Source: Amoebophrya sp. A120 (taxonomy: Eukaryota > Protista > Dinoflagellata). Taken from it: a stretch of DNA of 64,000 nt. Shown here piece by piece: positions 40,501 through 51,300 of this stretch. The notes below the pieces were generated by a model. The model was not told where the DNA came from and did not search any database. It worked only from the letters and a program-made list of their open reading frames with translations. The translations under genes and the position numbers were made by a program. The stretch is from assembly GCA_905178155.1 (NCBI GenBank), contig CAJINV010000014.1, positions 2,358,247 through 2,422,246 on the forward strand, given 5' to 3'. Each line of letters begins with the position of its first letter. The first letter of the stretch is position 1.

Positions 40501-42410
40501 AGCTCGAGCTGCAGAAGTAACATGAGAGAATCAATCTTCTGTACCTAAACAGCATTACAAACTGGATTTAGGCACAACCAAAATTTGTCATGCGCCACTT
40601 GGAAACTGGGGTCCAACTGGCATCCATTTTCTGCATGGCAAACTATTTCAACTTTGACGATTTCAAACCTGACGGCTCCATACGAGAAGTCCACCGCGTA
40701 TTTGTCCGTCCTGCCGATCCCCCGGCCCCCGTCGTAGCTGGCGAGCGAGGGGCAGATTTTCTCCACGTTGATCTGAATCTCCCCCATCGCTTCGAGGGAG
40801 GTTTTGTCGCTGAAAAAATCACCGAGCGACCCAAAGAAGAGGATGGACACGTATTCACAGTAAATTTCCCGTACACGTACAAATGCTGGCGCCGCATGAC
40901 AGAACTAGGGCTGAAGCCTATTCAGCATGACAAGTGGTATGCTCCAAGTTGGCGAAATTTGTGATGCATTTTGTACATGTACGGGAAATTTGTATTGCAT
41001 AACACGATCACAAACAGCACGACGGAGAAGCAACAACCCGCAATCGTCTGCGGGGAATCCTCCGGCGTCACCTCGGCGCCGCGGTCCAACCGCTTCCCGA
41101 ACCGATCGCCGAGCTTCAGCCAGAAGGGGACCTTGAGCTCCATCAGATCCGTTTTCTGCGTCTCGCGGTCAAAGGGAAAGTATAGGGAGGGAGGAAGTCC
41201 TGTCAACACAGAAGGTTGCTTGATGGCACTTCTTGTTTTAGCTAGGTGAGCAGAAGAACTTGAAGAGAACGCATGCGCGACGAGGACGTCGAGGGCTCTA
41301 ATGCATAGAAGAAGCCGTATTTCTCGTGTGCTGGATTGTGTTTGTGACGCAAGGCTCCTGCTCCTAATATGCAGTTCTACTTACAGCGTGTAGTCCATCT
41401 CCATGCTGCCGTTATGACCATACTTAGTCTCCTGTACTAGCAACATCAAATCCATATCAATGAGAATTGCAAACAAAAACGCAGAGTGATGAAGCAGCTT
41501 TTCTCCCCCATAACTCATATTTCGGCACGAGTGCGCCAATCTGGAGCCAACACGCCATCATGTTGTCGTATATTCCCAGAAACACATTGGGCACGCCTTC
41601 TTGCCCCTTCGGAGTAGACGAAGTCGCGTCATCCTCCGCCATCGCGTGGGTTCCCTCTCTGTTCACCAGAACGGTGATTTTACTCCCGTGAGTTGTCAAT
41701 ATTTTCCTGTCCTCGTTGGCGCTCGAAAACATGTTGTTGTTCAGGTTGTTTGTTCTGTAGTCCACCGCGTCAGCCGACGTTGTAGAAGCTCCATCCACTT
41801 CTCCGCTCATCACCTGGTCAACGAACAAAGGTCCGCGTGCTGCAGCACCTGACCTCGCACGAACATTGTTTGCACCACCGGCTTGGCTCGGAGACGAGGA
41901 CGGGATGGATACAGTCAGAGGACTACCCGAAAGATCCCCTTCCTGAGCCGTCCGTGTAGTCTTCATGGATGACTCATATTGGTGCCCAGTGTGCAGTACC
42001 TTAGTCGTTCTTGAAGATGCTGAACCACCACGGGCCAATCGTCCCATTTGCTCCTCCTCCTCGGAAGAGCTCGGAACCACGGTGCTCAATTTGTAGTTTT
42101 TCGCAGACGAGTATGCAAGAAAAAAACTGTGTAAGTGTAAATCTGTGATGCAGAAAATGCAAAACAGTTACACTTGTCATGCTCGACATGCATGATCGGC
42201 TCCCTTCCTAGGTGTTTTCCCTTCCTATCTGCGCATAGCAAGTTTTTCCTGTCATGGCAGACAAACTTGTGATGCAGTTTTCCCAAAACAAAAGACTTAC
42301 ACTAACACAGTTTTTTTCTTGGATAACGAGGGCGGTGTCTCGGATAGGCTGCCCTCGTCCGTCGGCGGGGTCACCGCCCGCCGGAGTGGCGAAGATATGT
42401 TGCTGTCCAT
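25536..42410 (-). CDS. Giant (~3,600 aa, estimated) two-transmembrane protein with huge luminal/extracellular region; 22 TIR introners plus GT-AG introns
   Basis: ATG at 42410; frame continuous after excising each element plus 5 nt and GT-AG introns 26675-26866 and 28863-29022; TM1 IAGCCFSVVLFVIVSILFFG, TM2 LAGLLALIGALAGYTAIFAAILGLW; two W.C...DG.CDCNCG..D.DC modules. Junctions at ~41200-41520 unresolved. Confidence 0.78.
26193..26477. mobile_element. TIR introner family E (285 bp), TSD GACAT
   Basis: TATCCTGAGTAAAAACGTACCCAC...GGGGACGTTTTTACAAATGATA; removal gives EIPNMSLAGLL. Confidence 0.9.
27169..27432. mobile_element. TIR introner family B (264 bp), TSD GACGA/TACGA
   Basis: TATGGATTGCAAAAGTGTCTGGGTCTGGAAG...CTTCCAGACCCAGACATTTTTGCAATTCATA; removal gives AEPLVRGKAKC. 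Confidence 0.9.
27484..27719. mobile_element. TIR introner family A (236 bp, opposite orientation to 793), TSD TCGGT
   Basis: Family A TIRs; removal gives YMSGSTDYVDGQ. Confidence 0.92.
28283..28517. mobile_element. TIR introner family A (235 bp), TSD TCGAC
   Basis: Family A TIRs; removal gives PNVLEVEVGLF. Confidence 0.92.
28558..28763. mobile_element. TIR introner family C (206 bp), TSD CGTCA
   Basis: TATCAAAGAAAAAAAGTTCGTCAC...GTGACAAACTTTTTTCTCTCCATA; removal gives YKETVTETFTS. Confidence 0.88.
30680..30785 (-). repeat. Coding tandem repeat (30-bp unit) encoding HDPYDPYGGQ-type repeats
   Basis: HDPYGGYHDPYDPYGGQHDPYDPYGGQHDPYYDPY in ORF 28993-31224. Confidence 0.75.
31238..31499. mobile_element. 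TIR introner family B (262 bp), TSD TGCTA
   Basis: TATCAAATGTAAAAGTGTCTGGGTCTGGAAG TIR; removal gives FVVGSSRRELEM. Confidence 0.92.
31572..31829. mobile_element. TIR introner family B (258 bp), TSD GGCGA
   Basis: Family B TIRs; removal gives DSFRFALADTY. Confidence 0.92.
31986..32227. mobile_element. TIR introner family A (242 bp), TSD CAGTG
   Basis: Family A TIRs; removal gives ENPPPHCTGGK. Confidence 0.92.
32281..32442. mobile_element. TIR introner family D (162 bp), TSD GCGTT
   Basis: TATGCATTGCAAAAGCATCG...CGATGCTTTTGCACAGGATA; removal gives LLLENAESVDP. Confidence 0.9.
32584..32863. mobile_element. TIR introner family E (280 bp; one end TGT), TSD GCGTC
   Basis: Highly similar to 37899-38178; removal gives NREVGTQVETLG. 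Confidence 0.9.
34335..34554. mobile_element. Degenerate TIR introner (220 bp), TSD eroded
   Basis: TATGCGAAGGAAAAGC...GCTTTTCCCCAGCATA; flanks CTGGG/CCCGC; element plus 5 nt = 225 nt joins two same-frame ORFs; nearby GT-AG pairs do not preserve frame. Confidence 0.55.
37292..37538. mobile_element. TIR introner family A (247 bp; one end CTA), TSD CGTGC
   Basis: Family A TIRs; removal gives KVTRGTSIGST. Confidence 0.9.
37691..37840. mobile_element. TIR introner family D (150 bp), TSD CGTCT
   Basis: Very similar to 53551-53701; removal gives NKPTKTDKTL. Confidence 0.92.
37899..38178. mobile_element. TIR introner family E (280 bp), TSD GCTTC
   Basis: TATCCTATGTAAAAACGT(A/C)CCCACCCC TIR; removal gives ICDGKRDAFFN. 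Confidence 0.93.
38513..38747. mobile_element. TIR introner family A (235 bp), TSD ACCGC
   Basis: Family A TIRs; removal gives SNFSWAVSHYT. Confidence 0.92.
38817..39063. mobile_element. TIR introner family C (247 bp), TSD ACTCG
   Basis: TATCCAAGAAAAAAA...TTTTTTTCTTGGATA; removal gives KHSREYQKTT. Confidence 0.9.
39260..39501. mobile_element. TIR introner family A (242 bp), TSD AAAGC/AAAGA
   Basis: Family A TIRs; removal gives YDE(S/A)LRYAYS. Confidence 0.9.
39690..40012. mobile_element. TIR introner family F (323 bp; one end TGT), TSD TGCAT
   Basis: TGTCATGAGGAAAAATCCCCTCTCCCCACATT...AATATGGGGAGGGGGAGTTTTTGCTCGTGATA; removal gives DNTGMHFGGT. Confidence 0.88.
40104..40286. mobile_element. 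Degenerate TIR introner family D (183 bp), TSD GAGGT/GAAAT
   Basis: Right end CGATACTTTTACAGTGGATA; left end eroded; removal plus 5 nt gives VTN(F/L)HWVQN. Confidence 0.7.
40376..40682. mobile_element. TIR introner family G (307 bp), TSD CGAGA
   Basis: TATGGAAGCGTCAGG..ATCGTCAAAGTTGAAAT TIR; removal gives AVDFSDCEYN. Confidence 0.9.
40852..41001. mobile_element. TIR introner family H (150 bp), TSD ACACG
   Basis: TATTCACAGTAAATTTCCCGTACACGTACAAA TIR; removal reunites TM helix VLFVIVSILFFG. Confidence 0.9.
42112..42325. mobile_element. TIR introner family C (214 bp), TSD ACGAG
   Basis: TATGCAAGAAAAAAACTGTGT...ACACAGTTTTTTTCTTGGATA; removal gives TPPSSAKNYKL. Confidence 0.9.
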
Positions 42411-43658
42411 AGTTTGTTAACTACCCGACGCTTATTACTGATTAAATTTTTAGGGTTGGTGAAAACATCGACATCGTGCCCAAAGATTTCATTTTCATCG
42501 CACACCGGCAAGCGTTTTTGTCGACAGAGCTTTGTACAACTCTTGTATTGTAGCGTTTGTTCGCCAGGGTGAAACTAATTGGAAATGATTGTCTTAGTAG
42601 GAGATGGAGTGGTAGTGAATTGGATGATGTTCATGTAGTCCCATTACACCCACTAGCTCAACATCAAATTTTAGAATTTTTGGGGGCAGAAGGTAACCAC
42701 AATTTTAACTCAATCACTGCAATGTATTGTTCCAGGGTTTTGTTGCCTTGAAAAAATCTTTTTTCCTCTCTTCCTGCGCAATTGAAATTGTCGCTCTACG
42801 GTCTCCTGCCGCGGAGCTCACTCCTTGTCACTACTTCGTGTAGTTGTCACTGGGTAAATTGAAAGCATCCTTTAATAACACACTCAATCTGGCGCTCATA
42901 TCTCTTTTTTTTTCATCACGTATTACTTTTTCGTGCACTCAAATATGTTCTTGGCGCATCATGTGACGCGCCTTTTTCGCCCTTGGCGATCGCTCCTCGC
43001 TCTTTGTGCTTCGTCGACGAACACGTTTACTTCTAATCCTGTTGCAAGTACGAGTACGGCCCCTCCAGGGGCCATGATGTTTGTTTTTGTTTGACTTTGA
43101 ATACAAAACTGATAAAAGAGAAGTCTGTGGGATGATGAAAAGCATCATCATCATCATCATCTTGCTAGCATAGGGGAGGGCTGCTAGGGGTTTGACATAG
43201 TAGAGCCAAGTATAGTTTAAGTGCGACTGTGAAGAGGGAGCAGCACTATATTCTTTACCGGTACCTGCACTGCTAGGGGTAGGCAGGAGACGTGCGCTTT
43301 TGCAGCCACAGGCCCAGCTTCTGCTTCTTTTGTAGATAATGTTAATGAACCTAAATTCTTTCTTAGTGGAGCATCACTTCCTATAACAGATCCATCAAAA
43401 CTTCCAGGCGTAGTACTAGCGAAAGTAGAAGCAATCAAATTAATCACGAAGAGCTTCAGGCTTCAAAATTTCTCACACTCTCAGGCACTAAACCTGCTTC
43501 TAAAATTTCAATTTCAGGCTCACGCAGTCTTTTACTGCCGTGATAAAAGTAAGTAAAACATGACGCAAATGAAGATGCGCGTAAATAAGGAGAGCATAAA
43601 ATGAGCACAGCAAAAGCTGCAAAGAACTACCAAACAGTTTTTTCGTGAAGCCTTTCTC

Positions 43659-45437
43659 TCAAGTCTCCTCCTCGCTGGAGCTGGAAAATCCCCTCTGCAT
43701 CAACTTCCGTTTTTTCCGCACCCCTTCCAATTCATCCAGCAGGCCCTGCTCGTGGTTTGACAGCTTCACCATCTCTGCGTCCCGTTTCTTCCGTCGCTCA
43801 ATCTTGTCCGCGGCCTTGCCCCACTTGATCACAGACGACGGAGCACTTTGTTGCGCTTTTGAGGAAGATGAAAAACTGTGGTACGTGATCCGTTTCTTCA
43901 TCCAAGAGTTGCCTCCCGCCATGTCGTAGGCCACCAAGTTCGACAAGTTCACCGCGATCGCTTCCAAATCCTTCTTCACCGTGCTGTGCAGCAAGCCCGG
44001 CTTGGTCTGCCGCCCGGACACGATCGGCCCGCCCAGCAGCAAGTCGAAGTGCTTGTGGTCGACGGCCGCGGTCTCCTCGCACGCCAGCTCGTCCAGGTCC
44101 ACGGTCATCTTGCCCGTGAAACACTCGTGCAGCACCAAGCCCAGCGCGTACATGTCTGTGAAGTACCCGTACACCCGCATTTGGTCGTTGTTCTGCACCC
44201 GGTTGGTCCGCAGCAGCTCCGGTGCCCGGTACGGCCTTGTCACCGGCGCACCGTACTTTTTGTTCACTTTCTTCGCCCCAGCCGTCGCAAAACTCTCGCT
44301 GGACCCCAGGTCCGAGATTTTCACGCGGACCGCGCCCTGCTGGATCAGCAGCGGCTGCTTGAAGTAGCTCTCGAACGACTGGGCTAAGGAAGAGGGTAAT
44401 ATTGCGGAGACTCCTGCTGCCCCAGTAGACGACGACTTCGTTTGCACTTGTTGCGCACCACTGGCAGAAGTACCACTACCACTATTACTCTTTTGTTGCT
44501 CATCTCCTGCTCTAAACGGCATCACGACGACGTTTTCCGGTTTCAGATCTAGATGCGCGAGTTTGCACTCCTCGTGCAGGAACCGCAGGCCCTGCTCCAA
44601 CTGCGAACCTATGTACCGGCAGGTCTCCTTCGTCAGTTTTTGACCTGGCGCCTTCTCGATCAGTTTGCAGAGGTCGGAAAACGCCAGCTCCAGCAGTAGG
44701 CATTGGTGCTGCAAGTAGTGCGCCAGGCCGTAGCCGTGCACCAGATAGTGCCCGCCCCTTTTGCTCATCTGCCGGATCTTCAACAGCAAGTCCAGCTCTT
44801 CGTCCAGTTCCTGTTTGCTCGCGTTCGTGCGGAGAACCTTCAGCGCGACACGGGAGGGAATTCTGTGATTCTCGTTTAACTCGACGCTGTTGTTCGTCCG
44901 GGGGCTACTGAGGTTCAGTTGGTTCTCAGTTTTCCCCTGTTTCGCCAACTCCTGCTGGTGCGTCAACTGCTTCTCCTTGCTGGCCTGCTCCCGCGGAATC
45001 GCGAGAAAGTTGTTTTTGTTCTGCATATCGCTTGCACCTGGAGCCCCTGCTGCGCTGTTTGTACTAGTACCTCCTGCAGATGTTGTTGGTGCCGTAGGAA
45101 GATTTAGCTTCAGCGTTTCCGCCAGGAAAACGGACGAGAACCGCCCTTCCCCCAGTTTTTTCACAATCCGGAAACGGTACTTGCCCTGCAGGTTCACGGC
45201 GTCGAGCTGCAGGGCTCCTGCGCCGGGTGATGTAGTTCTGGGCGAGGAAGTAGAAGATGATGTCATGCCTCCAAAAGTAGACACGATCTTGTGGTTGCTC
45301 GCGTGCACCACGTCGCCCGGGTGCAAATCGGCCCGCTCGCCAAGCTCCTCATCGTCGCTGTCGCCCGGGGGGCGGGCGGTCAGCCGCCGGACCGTGTTGG
45401 TCACGTACTGGAGCGGGGAAAGGAGGAAACTTTCCAT
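43659..45437 (-). CDS. Ser/Thr protein kinase, CMGC/SRPK-like, intronless
   Basis: IVKKLGEGRFSSVFLA, VALKV, FLHEECKLAHLDLKPEN, VKISDLGSS, VTRPYRAPE, DMYALG. Confidence 0.82.
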   Translation of the reverse strand: MESFLLSPLQYVTNTVRRLTARPPGDSDDEELGERADLHPGDVVHASNHKIVSTFGGMTSSSTSSPRTTSPGAGALQLDAVNLQGKYRFRIVKKLGEGRFSSVFLAETLKLNLPTAPTTSAGGTSTNSAAGAPGASDMQNKNNFLAIPREQASKEKQLTHQQELAKQGKTENQLNLSSPRTNNSVELNENHRIPSRVALKVLRTNASKQELDEELDLLLKIRQMSKRGGHYLVHGYGLAHYLQHQCLLLELAFSDLCKLIEKAPGQKLTKETCRYIGSQLEQGLRFLHEECKLAHLDLKPENVVVMPFRAGDEQQKSNSGSGTSASGAQQVQTKSSSTGAAGVSAILPSSLAQSFESYFKQPLLIQQGAVRVKISDLGSSESFATAGAKKVNKKYGAPVTRPYRAPELLRTNRVQNNDQMRVYGYFTDMYALGLVLHECFTGKMTVDLDELACEETAAVDHKHFDLLLGGPIVSGRQTKPGLLHSTVKKDLEAIAVNLSNLVAYDMAGGNSWMKKRITYHSFSSSSKAQQSAPSSVIKWGKAADKIERRKKRDAEMVKLSNHEQGLLDELEGVRKKRKLMQRGFSSSSEEET

Positions 45438-46479
45438 GGCTTTGACTTCTTTCTACTTCGCGGTTGGCAATTCAAATTATTGGCTCGAGTAACAGGTAAT
45501 CAAAATCATCGGAAACAAGAACGCGCAAGCTCGTCGACGCGAGTTGCGCATGCAATCGTACAAGCAAAAAGTAAAAGAGTCACTGTACTATAGACTCGTT
45601 CGTAGAGCCGCGCTCCTTTTTCTGGAAGGTCTAGAAGTGATTAATAAGAAGTCAGATGATGGCGTAGATAGTGGTTGGTGGTGGGAGAAGGCGCGCAATA
45701 GCCTGTGATCATCGGCACGCTGTTACTCTTAATTTCTCCTGTCCTTTTTTTTCATGGTAAATTTTCTAAAATCGAGCAGGACGATACTGTTCATCCAAAC
45801 TGCACGAAGAGTGGGACGCGTACGGTCATAGCGCACCTTTCCAAGGCGGAAAATGATATAGCAGGCACGATATTCGTATGAACGGTAAAGGCGAAAAACA
45901 CGTCGGACGACGACAACAGACAATCCTTTTTTAGGTTCAACGCACGGCACCAAAATATTCCTGCTAAAACGATTGCGATGACCATGACGACAGCCTTACG
46001 ACCACGGATAAAAAACAAGCTTTCTCAACCTCAAGCAGAATATCTTTGATGTTGGCGCACACCGTGCTCATTCCTTCGCATACCAACCTGTTGGTAAGAA
46101 GTTGCTGGATTCTTATTTAAGAACAGCAAGACCGAGAGACGGGCTCGGGCTGTTCGATCACACGACGCACACGAGCGGTGCAACTTGCAGAAAAGCGGCG
46201 GAACAACCAATCTTGTATGTTGTTCAGGAGAGAGCGATCACATACCGTCTCGCTTACTTTCACGTGAAGAGCTTTTCGTATACTTTTTACGTCTGCTAAA
46301 CCTGAATTTTTTTTTGCTGCAGTTTGTACTTCTACTTCCAACTACCAGCAGAATGTATCTATTTTTACTTACACACAGTCTGGACAATGAAAAATGCGAA
46401 GAGCGTCTCAGTCCCTAGTTGCTCGATGCCGCGCAAGCACGGGTCGGAACTTCTTTGATGTTTAGTACATTGCTCTCCA

Positions 46480-47455
46480 CTATTTTGCAGCTTCGACTTT
46501 GGCCAAGACATCTTTCAGCTCGCCCTGTCGGTGCATGTCCAGGACAATATCGCACCCGCCGACGAATTCTCCATTCACATACCTGTACAGCGTTTTCTTG
46601 GGTTTTTCGAACAAACAAGAACCCTTCACTTAAAATTCTCGTGCACTTTCTTCTATCATGACCACAGGCACGACAGGTGGCTGCAATGGCTATGGCATTC
46701 CAGCAGCATTGTGCTGGAGCAAATCGAACACGTCTGATAGGAAACAACTACAGGAAGAGAGAATCACAAATTATGCCAAGAAAGCAGCAATAAAACCCGT
46801 ACAGTTGTGGTATCGTCGGCCAATCGGAAAAAGTCTTGACGTTTTCCCGTATTGCTTCGTCCTCCAGCACGTTCAGCGATTCGAATTTTCCCTCGAAGCC
46901 CTCCCGTTTCAAAACCTCGCAGACCGTGCGGCTGAACCCACACTGCGGGAAAATCGGGTTACCCTTCATAAACAGCATGACGGCTGTTCGTTATCGTTGG
47001 GTGAAACGAAAATTGGAGCAAGTGGTCAGTGGCGGGTGCGTGGTTAAAATTAAAAAGAAAAACCTAAAAGTGCTGCTGAGCCGTGATTATTCGTCATGCA
47101 CATGCTGCTTATGCCATCTCCTTCTAGATGAACAATGAATTGATAATTGACGCGACAAAGAGTCATAAACTCAAATCAGTATTGAAAAAAAAGTACGGTT
47201 TTTCTTCACGAGCTCTTGTATTTGCCCGTGTACTGGATTGGAGGCGTCCGCTGCAAAGGCTCGCTGTTGAAGAACATTTCCTGAAGCTGTTGTTGTTCCC
47301 ACCGTAGTTGTAGCCGAGGACGAGAGCTGGTGCACCGAAGCATTCGCAAAAACTCTTGCTGCTCCGCGCGCTCTACTCCCTGACGCGGCAGCTGTGCCGA
47401 TTCTGAGCCCAGTCACAGGTCGGGTGAGGGAGCTGGAAAGTTTCGCTGCGAACAT
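46480..47455 (-). CDS. GRX5: Monothiol (CGFS) glutaredoxin, probably mitochondrial; 2 GT-AG introns
   Basis: [37 protein letters not shown]; Ser/Arg/Ala-rich N-terminus resembling a transit peptide. Confidence 0.9.
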
Positions 47456-48380
47456 TCTGATTGATATGCGGTTCTGGTCTACTCCTACTGATGGTTTGAC
47501 TATAAAAACTTGTTGTTCATCAATACGTTTTATTTTCTCTAATTGTTGAAGCTGCTTCACTTCTTGCAGGCTACCTCCTATATTCTTGTTTCTTCCTTTC
47601 AATGTCGCACTGTAGCCTCGAAAATACTGAGAGGACAGAATGAGAAAGCCAAAGGGAAGCTGCAGGTAACTGTTCGTTGTTCGATATGAACTTTGGCCCT
47701 GGAATCTTCCAAAACAAGATCGTAATTCTTCCCCAAAAACTTACCACAAATGACCGATCACTCATCGAATTTCAGGAACAAAAATCCGGAGTCAAAAAGT
47801 GAATCGCACCTCCTGCTTCAAGACAGGAGGGATCTTCGCTGAACAACAGCAAAAGCTAAACCTAAAACCCTTATAATCGCACATAAACTGAAATTGGGAT
47901 AATTGTAATTCCGAGTGGAATTATGGAACGCTTCGGCACTTCGGAACACAAAAGCCGGTTCTTCGGCGAGCGTGGTCGCGCAAACTACACAGGAAGAAAT
48001 TGACTCGCTCACCCTCTGTGTGAGCAGCTGTGTCAAATCGACATCTTCTTCGCAGCTGCCTCTACTTTGACGCCACTATCGAGATAATTTTGTGGAAGAG
48101 TCGAAGAAGTTCGAGCGCTTTTGAAGATCGTGCTCATGTTTAAAAAGTCGTAAGGCGAGTGGTCAGGATGGAAAAGCAACAATGTGACTACGGAAGTTCG
48201 TGTACAAGCGCAAGCTCTAGCTCCTCGCCAAAGGCAAAGACGAAGACGACCACCATGAATTGTCATTATATAATGCCCTTTAGCATCTACTTACAACAAT
48301 TCTTGAAGAGTCTTCTTGTCGCTGCAGGAGAACATCCGGACGGCATCAAATTGCTTTCCATTCTTGAAGAAGCAGCTTCT

Positions 48381-51300
48381 TTATCCGTCAATTCCTAGCA
48401 CCCATTCAAACGGTTCTGGGGGTTCCGGCTCCGGGTCTTCGATTTTCTTACTTGGCTCCACAAACTCTTCGGCTTCGTTGGGATTCCGATCCTCCAGCAG
48501 CAAAAAGCCAGACTGTCGGTCGTTCTGCAAAATCGGCACGTACCGGACCGGCTTCATCTCCGTTGCGGGCTTCGCTTCCTTTCCATCCTTTAATTCTGTG
48601 CTTGTTTCCACCTTCGCAGCGCCTTCCTCTTTCTCCTTGTCTTTACTTTCGGAATCTCCCAACGGGACTGTAGTTGTTGCTGGGACCGCTGGCGCCGCGG
48701 GTACCTCGACGGGAATCAGGCCGGTTAGTGTGAATTTGATATACTTCTCCTGAATCGGGATGACCCGCGATGGGTTGTGTAACGGCATGCAGCTCGGCAG
48801 CGCCTTTTTCTTCTTCTCCCCCTCCTTTTCCTTGCTCTCGCCGTCCTTCGCTTGTTTGCCGCTGGTGTCTTTGCCATCGGTAGCTCCTGCTTTTGCCTTT
48901 TTACTTCCAGCACCACCCTCTTCATCCACCTCCATTTTGTCGGCGTCCTCGAACTTCTTTGCGAACGCCGCCACTTTTTCGTCCTGTCCCTTCGACGGGA
49001 TTTTCTTCTCCCCCGCGGCACCGGCAGCGGTGGGTGTTTTACCGTCCTTCTTCTCCTCCCCCTCTTTCGGCAACAGACTCTCCGGGCTGTCCTTGGCGGT
49101 TGGCGTCTTGCTGCTGGTGCGCTCCATGCCGGCCTTCCCGCCCGTTTTTTTCGCGGCCGTGGACAGAACCGCCTTGGTTTTCGTCACTTCCTCGGCCTTC
49201 TTGGACTCTTCCGGCATCGGGTAGTCGAAGAGATTGTTCTTAATTTTCGATCCGTACCCTGTCACGTCGGAGTGGAACGAAAAGTGTTTCGGCATCTTGA
49301 GGTCTTTGTTCAACCCGATCACGGCCGTGGGCACGAAGGAAAGGGACAAGCCGTGGATTATCCTGTGCAAAAGTATCGCACTCGTATAAATGCAGGTCTT
49401 GCATGACAGATCTGCTTTTTTAGCTTGTTCTGCATGACAAATTTAATTTTTCTTTCCGGAAAAATTTGTCATGCGTTTTGTACTAGTACCATACTTTTGC
49501 AGTGCATATGGATCAGCGGGTACCAATACCACATCTGCGTGAACAGCAAAAACCCGACCGCTGCGCCCTGTCTCACTGCGCCAGACTTGGAGAAAAAGGA
49601 AGCGCACACGTTGCGCCCGCCTGTGGTGGATTTTCTTAGCTGATAAAACCTAATTGAAGCATGCGCAGTGCCGTTGGCTATAAAACGCAGCCCCGTCAGG
49701 AGGTATTATAGATGAAACCAATGCAAATACTAGGGATCAGTTGTTCTGTAGTTCCTGAACTACAACACAACCTGGCCCTTGACAAAGAAAGCCACAACGC
49801 AGGATATAGATTTTGTTAATATTATGCAAGATGAAAACAAGTGTAACAAGCTTCTTTGGCCAGATGCAAGATGAAAACAATAAAGTTGTACCCGCGTCCA
49901 TGATTCCCTGAGCCAGCAGTGCTCCAAACCTGGTGGCCACGTCCTCGTGCTTTTCCCCGATGCACTTCATCACTTCACTTCGAAACTTCTCCGCGTTGTC
50001 GGTGACGGACTGCATGTACAGCAGCGACATGGCGACGTAGGCTCCCTTATGGATTGCAAAAATGTCTGGGTCTGGAACAAAGCAACTTGTCATGCTAGAT
50101 CTGAATCATGTGAAAATCTGTGTTGCATGATTACCAAAAGTAGCTGTCCACTTTTGACCTAATCGAGAGGCAGTTTCTCGCGCAGGATAGGCATGATAGA
50201 ACTAACACAGAATCTGTCATGCTATGTCCTACATGCCAGACCTCATGGGTCATGCAAAATATGCATGACAAACCTGGCAATCTTCCAGACCCAGATATTT
50301 TTACAGTTGATATCCCTGCCGCACAAAGTCCGTGTTGTCCGCCAACAGGGGGCGTAAGATGTCCTCGCAGTCCGCGTTCGCGCTGCCCGCGTTCGAGTAT
50401 TGTGAGGAAAAGTCTCCCCCCCCCCATATCGAAAAGGAAACTTGTGATGCTGATCTGTGACCACAAATCAGCTCTGTCTTGCGTACAAGGTAAACGGCAC
50501 CCATGTGGCGCATTGTACAGCGAGTCTGTCATGCGTTTTCGCCTATGTGGGACTTGTTTCTCATGTTTAGCTCCTAGCCGGACGCGTAGCCAAATGAGCG
50601 TAGAATATGCCGCCAAGCTCTTGCTACAATACTAATTTCATTTGTGTACACAAATCCAGCAACTTTTGAATATGGGGCGGGGGCTTTTTCACTTTGATAT
50701 CGAGATCCCGAGAGTGAGGGCCGCGGCGTAGCGGACGTGTGGGTTGTAGCTAGTGGCGAGCAGTTTCACCATCTGCGGCACGCGTGTGGGCACGTTGCAC
50801 ATCACAAACGCCAAGCCCAGCACCGCCGCCCGCCGCACGTCGTCATTCACGTCGGACACTGCCAGGTGCAGCAGCTTCTGAATCGACCGGCTCGAGGCCG
50901 TGCCGCAGTAGGCCATGGCGATCACGAAGCACCCGCCGTACCGCAGGATCGGGTCCTTCTCGAGGAGCAGCTGTTCCGCGAGCGAGTCGGCGGACTCCTC
51001 CTTCTGAAACATGATCAGGGCCAAACTGACCGCGCACCCGCGGATGATCTTCTCGTGCTGGGTGTCCTGCGCGTACTGGAGAAGTTCCTTGATTTCCTTC
51101 TCCGAGGCGGAACCGCACATAACCTGTTTTATTTTTAGCACAAGCAACTAGTACCAGGGTAGAAAAAATAAAAAATGATCGTGCTGCACGACATATCTTC
51201 AAACGTTTATACGTTTTTCGCTTTCTACTCGTGATACTAGATGGAGTAAGGCTGCCTTCTGGTTCGCCATCGTATGAATCATACAGCCTCAACAAACTAC

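Noticed and set aside
41200-41520. Additional introners around a probable micro-exon (KYGFFYALEPS)
   Set aside because: Short direct repeats exist (GAAATA) but no clear TIR; junctions cannot be fixed from sequence alone.
25536-42410. Transposon-riddled pseudogene or many small genes
   Set aside because: Each element removal restores one continuous frame, and the same elements sit in intact essential genes (Rpn2, U2SURP).
42939-43160. Poly-Met ORF
   Set aside because: Arises from a (CAT)n microsatellite; no other coding evidence.
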